A stretch of 64,000 nucleotides of DNA, taken from positions 32,001 to 96,000 of IMG/VR virus record IMGVR_UViG_3300043447_000710. One strand, given 5' to 3'. Shown here in pieces: positions 9,527 through 19,717 of the stretch (position 1 is its first letter; the number at the start of each line of letters is the position of its first letter). The notes under the pieces are model-generated. The model was not told the origin of the DNA and ran no database searches. It saw only the letters and a program-made list of their open reading frames with translations. Both the position numbers and the translations under genes were made by a program. The stretch comes from a virus. Taxonomy: Duplodnaviria; Caudoviricetes.

Positions 9527-10741
9527 ATGCAAGAAAGCCTAGCAACTTTAGACGAACTAGATCTAGAGAGCGAAGAACCAGAAACTAAACCAATCGCGTA
9601 TGTAAAACCTCAGGCTCCTACGGCTTTAAACGTTGACTTTAGCACGTTTAAGACCAAGCAAGCTTTTGGCGCACTTTTAGTTCCTCATTTTCCTTTCGGT
9701 ACTTGGGAACATCCTTGGTACGGAGAGATGGTATTCGATGAAGCAGTAGCTAAAACAGCTATAGCCAACTTCGAACTAGGAGTCTGCGCCTACGATCCCG
9801 GTCTGTTTGTCGGCCATGTCAATATCGGCGCTAGGCCTGCAGTCGGCTTCTTAGAAAAGATGCTGATTCATGACAATTGCCTGTGGGGACTATACGCCGC
9901 TGTAGATGAAAAAACATATATGGCGGTAAAAAGGCAGCAGTATCGCTACTCCTCAATGGAGATCGATATGAACTACCACAATCCTCGAACCAGGAAAGAC
10001 TATGGACCTACGATAGTAGGCTGTGCGCTAACAAACGAACCGTTTCTTACAGAGATGCCTGACGTCAGAGCTTTTTCTCTAGGCAGAGAAGAGTCAAATC
10101 GCCGGTCTTTCTCCGTAATGTTGGGTTCAGATCTCGCAATAGAAATTCCAACTATAGAAGTACCAGAGCTACCAGAAGTTTTCTCTAAACCAATAGATAT
10201 GCCAGAAGAAAATCAAACTCCCGTAGCGGTTACGCCAGAACCGACGCCAGAACCTGTTTTAGCAACTTTACCTCAAGCTTCGTTAACTCAGTCTTTAAGC
10301 TCTACTAGTACTATTGAAGTTACTATCAAAGCTTTAGCAGCAGAACTGGCTGAAGTTAAAGCCGAGAATAAAGAGCTAAAGAATAAAATGCTCTCGATTA
10401 CGGACGAGCACGACAAGTTGGTAGAACAGCAAAAACGCGAGCGACAAGAGCGTCGCTTGTCTATTGTTTCCCAGGCCGCATTGAGCGTTGGTGCAAAGAC
10501 AGCTTTTGAGACGGCTCTTAAAGCCCCAGGTCTTGGAGAAGAAGCTGCGGACGAACTAATCGCTCAGGTTAAAGCTTTGTCTGTAGAAGAAGAGCGGACT
10601 TATCTGCAACAGCACGGCACTGAAACTCCTGCAGCAGATTCGGCTCCAGTAGCAACTAGCCCTGAGCCTACCAAGCAGTTTGCTTACGCTAAATATCTCG
10701 AACAATGTCAGGCTAAACAAGCTACTCTCTCGCGTAAATAA
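9527..10741 (+). CDS. Prohead protease/scaffold (Mu gpI-like)
   Basis: GH...PAVG, QYRYSSME and GCALTNEPFL protease motifs followed by a coiled-coil scaffold-like C-terminus; directly before the capsid gene. Confidence 0.85.
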   Translation: MQESLATLDELDLESEEPETKPIAYVKPQAPTALNVDFSTFKTKQAFGALLVPHFPFGTWEHPWYGEMVFDEAVAKTAIANFELGVCAYDPGLFVGHVNIGARPAVGFLEKMLIHDNCLWGLYAAVDEKTYMAVKRQQYRYSSMEIDMNYHNPRTRKDYGPTIVGCALTNEPFLTEMPDVRAFSLGREESNRRSFSVMLGSDLAIEIPTIEVPELPEVFSKPIDMPEENQTPVAVTPEPTPEPVLATLPQASLTQSLSSTSTIEVTIKALAAELAEVKAENKELKNKMLSITDEHDKLVEQQKRERQERRLSIVSQAALSVGAKTAFETALKAPGLGEEAADELIAQVKALSVEEERTYLQQHGTETPAADSAPVATSPEPTKQFAYAKYLEQCQAKQATLSRK

Positions 10742-10743
10742 TC

Positions 10744-12108
10744 ATGTCACAACCGATTTTTCCTACTTACTCTCCACAAGTTACAGACTGGGTGGCTGCA
10801 GGCGACGACCTTTTAGGAGGTACCCAGCTACGAATGCTGCTGGAAGGATTCTCGCGGATCATGCCGCCCGATCTAGAAAATCTATTTCCTACTCAGTACA
10901 CTCCCAGCCGCACTGTGGCCTTCGAACAATACTTCGACAGTATTACGATGGCTCCAATCGTTGAAATGGGCAAAGAGTTTTCTCTGCAATTAGGTTCTGC
11001 TAGACGCTCTCGCAAGCGTTTTGCAAATCCGCTATTTACCCGCCAGCATATCTATATTGAAGATTCTGCGGTTAACGATTTACGGGCGCCTGGAACCTAT
11101 AACGATAGACTCGACCCTTCAGCAGTAATCGCTCAAAAGATCGAGGACGGTTACCGCTATCAGCAAGAACTAATTACCTTTTTACGTTATTCAGTTCTTC
11201 TAGGTGGTATTAACTATACCGACGCCCGTTCTAACGCTTCTATCAATGTTAGTACCGGCATTCCCCAGCACAACATGTTCTCGTATAACGGTTGGGGCGG
11301 TACTTACCCTGGCGGCGTTGCAGTTACTAACGTCGCCGCGCAAACGCCAGTACCCAATGTAGGTGATGGTAACACGTACACTGCATGGGATAACCTTACG
11401 GCTACACGAGGTCGAATGGAAGCCCTCTTGTTCACAGACCCTCAGCTAAACATTGGGGTGCCTTGGACTCAGCGCCAAGCAGACGTAGCTTCTACAGTTC
11501 GTCGTCTTAAAACATGGCTGACTGAAGTTAACAAAGTAGGTGGTTGGGAAATCTACATGGGTGGCGCTCTCTATGACGCCCTCCACTCTAACGATCTAAT
11601 TCGACGCTCTAGCGGTATGTTCTCCTTTGTAGGAAACATGGATGTCGTAGCGGGCGGTCGTAATGGGATCTATCCTATGGACGGTCCGGTGGCTCCAGCT
11701 AACGCTTACAGCTTTGAAGGCGGCGACCTGGTTGCGATCTCCGGCTGTAAAATTAATGTCGTACGCGGGCGCTACCCAAGTCCTGAAAACGGGCAACCAG
11801 AATTGTACTGGCCTCCTCACCAAATCGTAATGGTCGCACCTAAAGGTAACACTGGCGATACTATGGGCGCGACTTGGCATTGCTTGGGAGAATTGCGCGA
11901 CACCGTAGGTCCCTGGATTCGCTCTTCTGAAAATCCGCCTAGCCCTGCGCTACCTGGTACTAGCATCCAAATGGGCGACGCCTTTTTACCTGTTGCTAAG
12001 TACCCCCACTGGATCTCTATTATTAATGTCTGCGAACCTGGTTCTCTGAATACAGGTCTCTATGACGATCCGTTGTTTAGCTACGGTACTTCTTACTCTC
12101 TCTATTAA
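10744..12108 (+). CDS. Major capsid protein (HK97 fold, lambda gpE-like family)
   Basis: 454 aa; LENLFP, MAPIVEMG, DLRAPG and terminal FLPVAKYP pattern; position after the protease. Confidence 0.8.
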   Translation: MSQPIFPTYSPQVTDWVAAGDDLLGGTQLRMLLEGFSRIMPPDLENLFPTQYTPSRTVAFEQYFDSITMAPIVEMGKEFSLQLGSARRSRKRFANPLFTRQHIYIEDSAVNDLRAPGTYNDRLDPSAVIAQKIEDGYRYQQELITFLRYSVLLGGINYTDARSNASINVSTGIPQHNMFSYNGWGGTYPGGVAVTNVAAQTPVPNVGDGNTYTAWDNLTATRGRMEALLFTDPQLNIGVPWTQRQADVASTVRRLKTWLTEVNKVGGWEIYMGGALYDALHSNDLIRRSSGMFSFVGNMDVVAGGRNGIYPMDGPVAPANAYSFEGGDLVAISGCKINVVRGRYPSPENGQPELYWPPHQIVMVAPKGNTGDTMGATWHCLGELRDTVGPWIRSSENPPSPALPGTSIQMGDAFLPVAKYPHWISIINVCEPGSLNTGLYDDPLFSYGTSYSLY

Positions 12109-12114
12109 TAAGCT

Positions 12115-12834
12115 ATGCCATCTACAGGATCTAACAAAGTAGAAGACCTCTGGAAGTCCAGAGGCACGCACCGTTTGACTCCATACGGCGGCGTGACTAA
12201 TAAAGGAGGCGTTGTAACTGCGACTGCAGCAGCGGGCGTCGTCACTCTAGCGTACACAGCAGCCGAGGTATTGTTAGATGCTCTGCCTTTTACTTTAACA
12301 GCAGGCAGTGTAGCGACTCCAGTTCTGCCAGACGGGCTTAACTCGATCGAACTTTTCGTGCGTCCGGTACGCGAAACATTAGCAGTGACTACTTTGCCCG
12401 CTACCGGAGTCGTTGGCGAAACAGTAATGTTAGTAACTCCAGCAGACCTTGACAAAAACTATCAATTCCTGCAAGGTTTGTACATCTACACGAGTACGGG
12501 TTGGCAACTTCGGGATAAAGTTGCTAAGGCAAATTTAGACCCGAATCGTCCTTACATGCCAGAAGATTCGCTAGTCAGCGCTTCCTCTGACTTTAGGCAT
12601 CTACCCTTCAACAAAATTGTTGGAGCCAGCGCGGCGGTAGGTGACGAGGCTTCGATCTTGTATCCAGCTAACGTAGGAACTCCTGTAACTATGCCTGGGA
12701 TGGGGCCGAGCTTTGCTCGCTTTGCTAGTGGATTTAAACTCGCAGAAGTTATGGTTAAGCTAACTGCCGGAGCTATCGCCAACGCAGCTACTGACGTTAA
12801 GATCGTACGTACTTCTCATGTCGATCTGTTCTAA
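12115..12834 (+). CDS. Probable head decoration/structural protein
   Basis: A/T/V/G-rich, beta-type composition; immediately after the major capsid gene. Confidence 0.5.
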   Translation: MPSTGSNKVEDLWKSRGTHRLTPYGGVTNKGGVVTATAAAGVVTLAYTAAEVLLDALPFTLTAGSVATPVLPDGLNSIELFVRPVRETLAVTTLPATGVVGETVMLVTPADLDKNYQFLQGLYIYTSTGWQLRDKVAKANLDPNRPYMPEDSLVSASSDFRHLPFNKIVGASAAVGDEASILYPANVGTPVTMPGMGPSFARFASGFKLAEVMVKLTAGAIANAATDVKIVRTSHVDLF

Positions 12835-12852
12835 CTTATAACGGTTGTAAAA

Positions 12853-13359
12853 ATGCACTATTTATTAGCTGTTTGCCCTGGAACTGCGGTTTACAACGGC
12901 CAGATGCGAAAAATGCGCCCTAACGATATCATTGCAGTCGCCGATGAAGCCGCTGAAGATATGTTACGGTCGCACGCATTTCTGACATTAAGTTCCAGCG
13001 ATATTCCCAAACCGCAACCAGAACCAAAGGTTCAAGCTGGGGCTAAGTTTAAAGCCGGTCCAGAGCCAATCGTTAGTAACGAAGAGCATCCTCCTTTAGA
13101 CTTACCTCCAAATGCTACTATAGCTGAAGTAATTCAGCATTTAGACTATTTAGCTTTACTAGATCCACAACCTAAAGCTAGTATCTTAGCGGTAGGTAAA
13201 GCTTATCCTAAGAACGGCTCTGTTAAAGATCGAGTCGATCGAATCTTGCAACAGGGTAAATACGAGCCTAAAGCTAAAAGTAAAGTAGACGTAAAGGTCA
13301 AGGTAGCACCAGAACAAAAACCTGAAGTAAAGCCACAACCTAAAGAACCGGAAGCATAA
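12853..13359 (+). CDS. Hypothetical P/K-rich head-module protein
   Basis: Track ORF; synteny. Confidence 0.6.
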   Translation: MHYLLAVCPGTAVYNGQMRKMRPNDIIAVADEAAEDMLRSHAFLTLSSSDIPKPQPEPKVQAGAKFKAGPEPIVSNEEHPPLDLPPNATIAEVIQHLDYLALLDPQPKASILAVGKAYPKNGSVKDRVDRILQQGKYEPKAKSKVDVKVKVAPEQKPEVKPQPKEPEA

Positions 13360-13362
13360 ATC

Positions 13363-14919
13363 ATGGATTGGTCGCGTAGATTTGCTGTTGCAGATCCTAA
13401 CTTTGCCACCGTTCTTGCTAGTACTCTAACGCCGACCGAGCAAACTTACGCTCAGTCGGCGTTACTAGTTAGAATGGCTAAAACAATAAGACACTATTCA
13501 AAACTTTTAAACGGAGCTAAGCTAGAAGAAATCTATCATACTATCGTTAGAGATACCGATTATGAGTTGGCGTTCTTATTATTAGCTGCTAAGGACGAGA
13601 ATCGAAGCCCATTATTTTCGCCAGTTCAAGTTTCGGCAATGTTGTTTGGCGAGCCGGTACTTACTAATTATTCAGAATTTACAGATGGCTTAACGGAACT
13701 CTCTTGTAAGTTTGCCGCCTCAAAGCTAATTAATGCATTTGCCGTAGTAGAAGAGCAGGTTAAAGCAGCAGAGCTACTAAGGAAACAGGCCGACGAAACC
13801 TTAAACTTTGTAATTAAGGCTCAACAAAACGTTAGTAAATCGAGTAGTTCTAGCGGTGTAGAAGACGAGCGCATCAAACAGGCCCGTCTCTACTTTGAAG
13901 ACAAAGAGTTTGTTACCAACGCAGAACTTCAAGCAGCTTTTTTCCTACCTACTCAAACGGGCAGTAGCGGCTGGACTATAGCTGCTAGTTACCCAGCACA
14001 AACGCAAATATCTGTTAGAAGAATCGTTTTAGATCTGAGTCTGCAGATTAACAACTTTACTCTAGACCCGACTAGAGGTGCTAACGTAATTGCTGCGGTG
14101 TCCCAATCTGGGGAAGGTGGCTACCCGTATTTAGACTTTGCGCTTAGAGATTATTTGCTCGGATACAACGCGGATAGTATTGCGATTAGATTTACTAGTG
14201 GCGATAGTATCGTTCCGTTTTCTTGGGGATTAACGACCCTAGATCTGCGCCCGACTCAAGTAAATAGTTGCATTCTTTTACAGCGCTCGCCTAAAGACAG
14301 CAGGCTATCAACTACCAGTACTGGAGACAACGCCTCTAGCAGCGAAGCTAGATACGACTGTATCTACTTCCGTAATTTACAAGGAGCTGTGAGTACTACA
14401 GGAAACCTAAGCTATAGAACTAGCGTTACCAGTGATATTACTGAAACTACAATTTCCACGTCCGCTTTAATTCCTAGATATTCCCAAGAGGCTCTAGCAC
14501 TAATAGATGCTTTAAACCTTAGTAAAAAAGCTACTAACCTAGTTGGCGCGATCGTCCGCGATGACCCAGATACTATCTCTAGCGGCATGAGCGCGGTAAG
14601 GATAATACCGTGGCCGGTTACGTCTCCTATTACTTATTTAGTAATGGATATTTTAAGCGTGCCTAGCGATATTGAAATAGCTTTAGGCGACATGCGCGGT
14701 CCGCAAACTGCATTTACAAACCTGGCATTATCTCTAGTTTGTCAACCACTGTTCCAGCGATTATCTAGTACTACATCAAGTAGCAATTTTACAAATAGAG
14801 GAAGTAAAGCTGAAGTGGTTAGCATTCAACTTCAATCACAAAGAGACTTAAATTATGACCTTCACGAACGAATCTCGGCAATTACCGGATTTAACTATCG
14901 GCGTCGGCCAGACATCTAA
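13363..14919 (+). CDS. Probable head-tail adaptor with C-terminal extension
   Basis: Helical N-terminal ~150 aa (LTELSCKFAASKLI...) resembles connector proteins; synteny between head and tail genes. Confidence 0.4.
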   Translation: MDWSRRFAVADPNFATVLASTLTPTEQTYAQSALLVRMAKTIRHYSKLLNGAKLEEIYHTIVRDTDYELAFLLLAAKDENRSPLFSPVQVSAMLFGEPVLTNYSEFTDGLTELSCKFAASKLINAFAVVEEQVKAAELLRKQADETLNFVIKAQQNVSKSSSSSGVEDERIKQARLYFEDKEFVTNAELQAAFFLPTQTGSSGWTIAASYPAQTQISVRRIVLDLSLQINNFTLDPTRGANVIAAVSQSGEGGYPYLDFALRDYLLGYNADSIAIRFTSGDSIVPFSWGLTTLDLRPTQVNSCILLQRSPKDSRLSTTSTGDNASSSEARYDCIYFRNLQGAVSTTGNLSYRTSVTSDITETTISTSALIPRYSQEALALIDALNLSKKATNLVGAIVRDDPDTISSGMSAVRIIPWPVTSPITYLVMDILSVPSDIEIALGDMRGPQTAFTNLALSLVCQPLFQRLSSTTSSSNFTNRGSKAEVVSIQLQSQRDLNYDLHERISAITGFNYRRRPDI

Positions 14920-15595
14920 AGCTCTACCTAAATTTATTCCGACCGATAGAGATCTAGTAGCGGCGGTCGCCATCGCTATCGCTACAAATCCTTTAGTAGC
15001 GGACACTGAAATCTTAAATCCATTAGATGGCAGTAGAGTAGAAATCGCTAAAGTTAAACTGTACGGCGGCAGAGAACTTACCGAACCTGGATTGGTACTA
15101 GCTATATATCCAGACACTGCGTCAGTAGGGGGTGGAGATCGCGGCTACCTTAAAGAAGAGCAGTTAGCTTTAGCTCCTGGGAACTCTAAGGAATCGGTTC
15201 CTTACTTACAGGCAAACTTAGTTGCAAAGCTAACCTATCAACTGTCTGACTTTGATTACGGATTAGAGACTAAATACGCAAGCGTAGATGGTAAGAATTA
15301 CTATTTTCAAACGGCAGACAGAATTTTAGATTTACCTCAAGGATTTAAAGGAGACTTAAAAAGTATCGAACTTGCTGTCTTGCCTGCCGAAGAAATATTA
15401 AAGGAATGGATCACTTTACTTAGATATGCAATTAGAGACATCTCGATCTTACAACCTTGGCGAGTACGCAATCCCCAAATAGTTTCTGTTTGCTATGAAA
15501 CAGCGGAACTGTTTAAAAAAGCTAATGGAGCTGACGCAGTGCTTCATAGTGCTTGGATAAAGTTTAAGTTTAGTTACACAGATATTGCCATCTAG
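14855..15595 (+). CDS. Probable tail completion/terminator protein
   Basis: Position directly before the sheath; 246 aa. Confidence 0.4.
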   Translation: MTFTNESRQLPDLTIGVGQTSKALPKFIPTDRDLVAAVAIAIATNPLVADTEILNPLDGSRVEIAKVKLYGGRELTEPGLVLAIYPDTASVGGGDRGYLKEEQLALAPGNSKESVPYLQANLVAKLTYQLSDFDYGLETKYASVDGKNYYFQTADRILDLPQGFKGDLKSIELAVLPAEEILKEWITLLRYAIRDISILQPWRVRNPQIVSVCYETAELFKKANGADAVLHSAWIKFKFSYTDIAI

Positions 15596-15672
15596 CGCGT
15601 TATAAGCTCAGCACTCGGCTGTACTGTACAGTCAGCCAGAAGAGACTGGCGGAGTCTTTATATGCGTAGAAT

Positions 15673-18600
15673 ATGCCGTCAAACCTAAGCTATCCACACG
15701 TAGAATTTAATTCGGTTACGGTCGGTTCCGTACCGACCGTTTCTAATTGGCGCGATGCGATCGGTGTCGTCGGCCAATTCCGACGCGGACCGTCGCTTAA
15801 CACTATTACTTCAGCTAGCGAATTTAATAAGCTGTATGGGGCTGATAACAGTCCTGGTTCTAGAGCCGTACGAATGATGCTAGATTTAGGCATCAATACG
15901 CTAACTATTTCTAGAGCGGTTTCTGAAGAAACTGCAGCGAGCACTCAAATCTCCTTTTATGGACTCGGCGCTGGAATCGAAGCTAAAGTCGGATTTGAAG
16001 GAAATATCCAACAATTTCAGTCGGGGTCTCCAGTTCAGACGACTGGACTACAATTAGAAGCTAACTATATTGGCAAAGCCTTACCTAGCATTAATGCGAT
16101 CGGGAATATCGAAGTTAGCGATACTTCTAAGTTAAATCGAGATCTTAGCTTTTTAGGTCAGGCTTTACTTCAATTAGGAGTAGAAGAAAGGATTTCTAAT
16201 ACCGTAGATGTAACTACGACTTCTATTCTCGCAAGTACGCCGAGTGCTTATGCAGCTGTCGCAGCGACTACTTATGCTATTGGGGACACAGGAACGTTAG
16301 CTGCGTTAAACGCTAACTTTACACCTCAAGGCGCGGCAGTAGCTTTAGCAAACGGGAATCGCTTAGCACTTCCTGGTGGAGGTGCCATCGATATTGCCGG
16401 AGGTAACTATACAGTACTTGCAGCGGGTTCGGTAACGGTTGGAAGCTTGGCTATCAAAGCCGAACCATTAGGGCTGACTAACCTACTGGCAACGCTGGGA
16501 GTAGGTAGCAAACTTTATTACAATAATGTAGAAGTAGCAACCTTAGCTATTGCCTCAGCACCGACAAATACAGCAGTAACTGTTTATGTAATTCCCTCTG
16601 GAACTACAGCCCCTGTAGGAGCGGTACTTAAAGTACAGGCTGTTATTGGCAAAGGGCAGATCCAACTAATTCCAACTGCGAATGATGAGTATCAATTCGC
16701 GCGCATTTCTAAAAGTCTGTATCCTGCAGTCTTAGCAAATCTTAAACCTGGTAGAACTTTACAATCGGTCTCGGCCGCAGCAACGTTTCAAGCTAATAGT
16801 CTAACGATTCTTTCTCGACCTTTACCAGACCAGACTGACGGAAACTTTTATAACTTTGTTGTAAAAGGAGGAGTAACTGGAACTGCTGCTGTGTTAGCAG
16901 CCGGAATCGATATCGAGCTATATGACACACCGTTTAATGCATATACGATCGCCGTTAGTACTACTGCTAATCTAGGATTGATCGCCAACCAAAATGCAAT
17001 TCAATGGCGAAACCAACTCTATCGGGCAGACACTAACGTCTTAGTAGATAGCTATGAAATCGTACCAGAAGCTTATTCGCCAAACGCGCTGAAAGTAAAC
17101 TTTCTATTTGTCAATCCAGACCGCACTATAGTAGCTGTAGACTCTGGAATCTCGTTTGACATTCCACAGGTAGAAACTAGCGGCGTAATTGCTTTGGCTG
17201 AGGGTTCCAATTACAGATTGCCTTTGGTCAGAGCTAAGGTGGCAATCGGTGCGATGGCAACAAATACTTTGCCATTTCAAGCCGGACTTTCCGCCGCAGA
17301 TGTATTAGATAAACTACAGACAGCAGTTTTACAAGACACGATTATGAGTGCCTTGTTTGAAACTCCGGTTCTTAGCAAGACATTAGTACCCGCGACTTTA
17401 ACTCTAAACACTAAGATCAAAGGAGATCAGGCTAATAGAGTATATCTAGAACTTTCTCGCAGCACTGTTGGTGAAGACATTCCCAACGGTTTCTACGCTA
17501 ATGACTTACTTCTAAATTCGGCAACTGTTGCGATCGCTAATAACAATTGGAGCTATCCAAACGACACACCCGCAGTACATAAGCCTTTCTACTGCGAGTC
17601 CGCTAGCGCCGGATCTAAAACTGCAAGTCTCAAACTTTACTCGCAGGATAGCGATCTGTTAGTTACCATTTTTGCTCTAAGCGATGGAGCTTACGGCAAC
17701 CAAATCGAAGTCTCCGTAGCACCAGGTACTGACGGTCAATTCGTACTAAACCTTAAAGATTTAGACAGTGCTAATTATCAGGCTACGGCTACTACAGAAA
17801 CATTAAATTTATCGACACGAGACGTAGATCCTACTAATGGGTTGTTTAATGCTACTAAAAACTCATCGATGATTCGAGCTTATTACGCTCCTGTAGTAGT
17901 CAATCCAGGGCGGCAATTAACCGATCTCGAACTTTCTAAAGTGCCGTTGAGAATCGCTCCTGCCTACGGTGCTTATATTTCTTCTTTAAACTATGTAGAT
18001 ATTAACGGTAGGCCTTCGATTTACTCAGTAGCTTATCAAGGTGAGACATACCTGCAAAACATCTCGTTGTCAGGAGGTGCCGACGCTCAATTAGAAGCAG
18101 ACGCAGATCCAGCTAACGTAGGCGCTAGTGCAATGGTCAGAGCCGTACAACGTCTAGAAGAGCTTGATATTGCAGTGCTTTATCCAGCTGGAGTAACTAT
18201 CGGCGACCCGCGTTATGCTCCTGTGGTAGCAGAATGTATCGGCCAAGTCAACCGCAATGCTAAGACTAATACCAATCGACGGTTGGTACTTCAAGCTCCT
18301 CCCAACCTTAACGCAGCTCAAGCAGCTTTGTATGGCGCTCAGCTAAATAACGAAGACATTACATTAGTAGCCGGTTGGTGCGGGTACACAGGAATCTCTT
18401 CTAACAACTTGCAGCCCGCAGCCGCTCTTTATGCTGCCGGACTGGCTAAGGTAGCTCCGCCTCAATCAATGGCTTACGTCCGCAATGGTCTAACTATTTC
18501 TGGAGTAAGCTCTGTAGACACGCCTTCTACTCCTCAATATCTAGATGCCATTACTAGAGCTGGCGTCGAAGCTTTATACTTTGACGCCGCTGTAGGTCAG

Positions 18601-18960
18601 TTCCATTTCTTAAATGGCCGCAACACTTCTAGAGATCCTAACAAACGTTTAGTTTCGATTCGTCGAGTAGCTCTGCAAATGCTAGTCGATCTCTACCAAA
18701 ATCTCGTATACGTAAGATCGCAACAGAACGACGATACCGCGCGAGCTTTAGTAGCAGCGTCTTGCGACGCTTATTTAAGCAACCGCGTTAGCACTGGCTG
18801 GATTCAATCTTACAGCCCAACCATTGCGGACGCTAGTAACAACACAGCGGATACTACAGCCGCTGGTTATCTTAACGCGACTATCAGCTATACTCCGTTC
18901 TTCCCCGCTGACATCATTGTAGTTGATGTAATCCAAAATCTATCGCTACAACTTAACTAA
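15673..18960 (+). CDS. Tail sheath protein (unusually large, 1095 aa)
   Basis: N-terminal YPHVEF...IGVVGQFRRGP...ITSASEFNKLYG; internal GAYGNQIEVSV and LSGGAD; C-terminal ISIRR-like LVSIRRV and YTPFFPADII. Confidence 0.9.
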   Translation: MPSNLSYPHVEFNSVTVGSVPTVSNWRDAIGVVGQFRRGPSLNTITSASEFNKLYGADNSPGSRAVRMMLDLGINTLTISRAVSEETAASTQISFYGLGAGIEAKVGFEGNIQQFQSGSPVQTTGLQLEANYIGKALPSINAIGNIEVSDTSKLNRDLSFLGQALLQLGVEERISNTVDVTTTSILASTPSAYAAVAATTYAIGDTGTLAALNANFTPQGAAVALANGNRLALPGGGAIDIAGGNYTVLAAGSVTVGSLAIKAEPLGLTNLLATLGVGSKLYYNNVEVATLAIASAPTNTAVTVYVIPSGTTAPVGAVLKVQAVIGKGQIQLIPTANDEYQFARISKSLYPAVLANLKPGRTLQSVSAAATFQANSLTILSRPLPDQTDGNFYNFVVKGGVTGTAAVLAAGIDIELYDTPFNAYTIAVSTTANLGLIANQNAIQWRNQLYRADTNVLVDSYEIVPEAYSPNALKVNFLFVNPDRTIVAVDSGISFDIPQVETSGVIALAEGSNYRLPLVRAKVAIGAMATNTLPFQAGLSAADVLDKLQTAVLQDTIMSALFETPVLSKTLVPATLTLNTKIKGDQANRVYLELSRSTVGEDIPNGFYANDLLLNSATVAIANNNWSYPNDTPAVHKPFYCESASAGSKTASLKLYSQDSDLLVTIFALSDGAYGNQIEVSVAPGTDGQFVLNLKDLDSANYQATATTETLNLSTRDVDPTNGLFNATKNSSMIRAYYAPVVVNPGRQLTDLELSKVPLRIAPAYGAYISSLNYVDINGRPSIYSVAYQGETYLQNISLSGGADAQLEADADPANVGASAMVRAVQRLEELDIAVLYPAGVTIGDPRYAPVVAECIGQVNRNAKTNTNRRLVLQAPPNLNAAQAALYGAQLNNEDITLVAGWCGYTGISSNNLQPAAALYAAGLAKVAPPQSMAYVRNGLTISGVSSVDTPSTPQYLDAITRAGVEALYFDAAVGQFHFLNGRNTSRDPNKRLVSIRRVALQMLVDLYQNLVYVRSQQNDDTARALVAASCDAYLSNRVSTGWIQSYSPTIADASNNTADTTAAGYLNATISYTPFFPADIIVVDVIQNLSLQLN

Positions 18961-18975
18961 GCGAGGTAACTAAAG

Positions 18976-19710
18976 ATGCCAGTTTTTACGACTAAAAGTA
19001 CGCCGAATACCACTAACTCTGCAGGTGGTGTTAATAATGCAATTAAAGACCCGTTTCAGGGTTACGACTGCAACGTTTGGATGTTAGATGCGGCAGGCCG
19101 CTTGGTAAACAGAGGCTTTTTTACTAGCGTTCAATTTACCTTTCGTAATGCTACCGAGCCGTATATGGAAATGGGTCAGCGCGTACCTAGATATCTAGAC
19201 GGTGACTTTCAAATCGGATGGGTAGCGCAGCGGGGTATGTTAGACATGGCAACGATTCAGGAAACTTTAGGCTTTCCTGCCGTCACCCGTTCCGCTCGCG
19301 TTGGTAGAAGCCCTAGATTTACACTCGTCTTCTATATCAACGCCGCAGAGCTAGCATCTGCTGAAGATAATATTACCGCTCCTGGCGATCTTAGTAGGCT
19401 AAATAATAGTTATGGTAACGATCCTTTAGGAAGCGCAAAACGCAGTACTAAAGGTAAGATCGTTCTGTTAAACTGTAAGCTAGATACATTTGCATTAGGA
19501 GCTCAGTCTGGGCAAAAGGTTATTGCTAATCAATGGGAAGGCCTTGCTGAAGGTTATCAAGTCATTACTTCAAATGATAAGAGTGCTACTTTTACTAACG
19601 AAGAGAAGACTTTTCAGCGAACCTTTAATTCTGGTGGCGCCCTTAACGCTCAAGACAATATTGCTGGAGTAGGCAAAGATCTAAAAAGTTTTTATAACGT
19701 CACTAATTAA
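18976..19710 (+). CDS. Tail tube protein
   Basis: Follows the sheath; EPYMEMGQRVPRYLDG and terminal WEGLAEG pattern. Confidence 0.7.
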   Translation: MPVFTTKSTPNTTNSAGGVNNAIKDPFQGYDCNVWMLDAAGRLVNRGFFTSVQFTFRNATEPYMEMGQRVPRYLDGDFQIGWVAQRGMLDMATIQETLGFPAVTRSARVGRSPRFTLVFYINAAELASAEDNITAPGDLSRLNNSYGNDPLGSAKRSTKGKIVLLNCKLDTFALGAQSGQKVIANQWEGLAEGYQVITSNDKSATFTNEEKTFQRTFNSGGALNAQDNIAGVGKDLKSFYNVTN

Positions 19711-19717
19711 TTACCTA

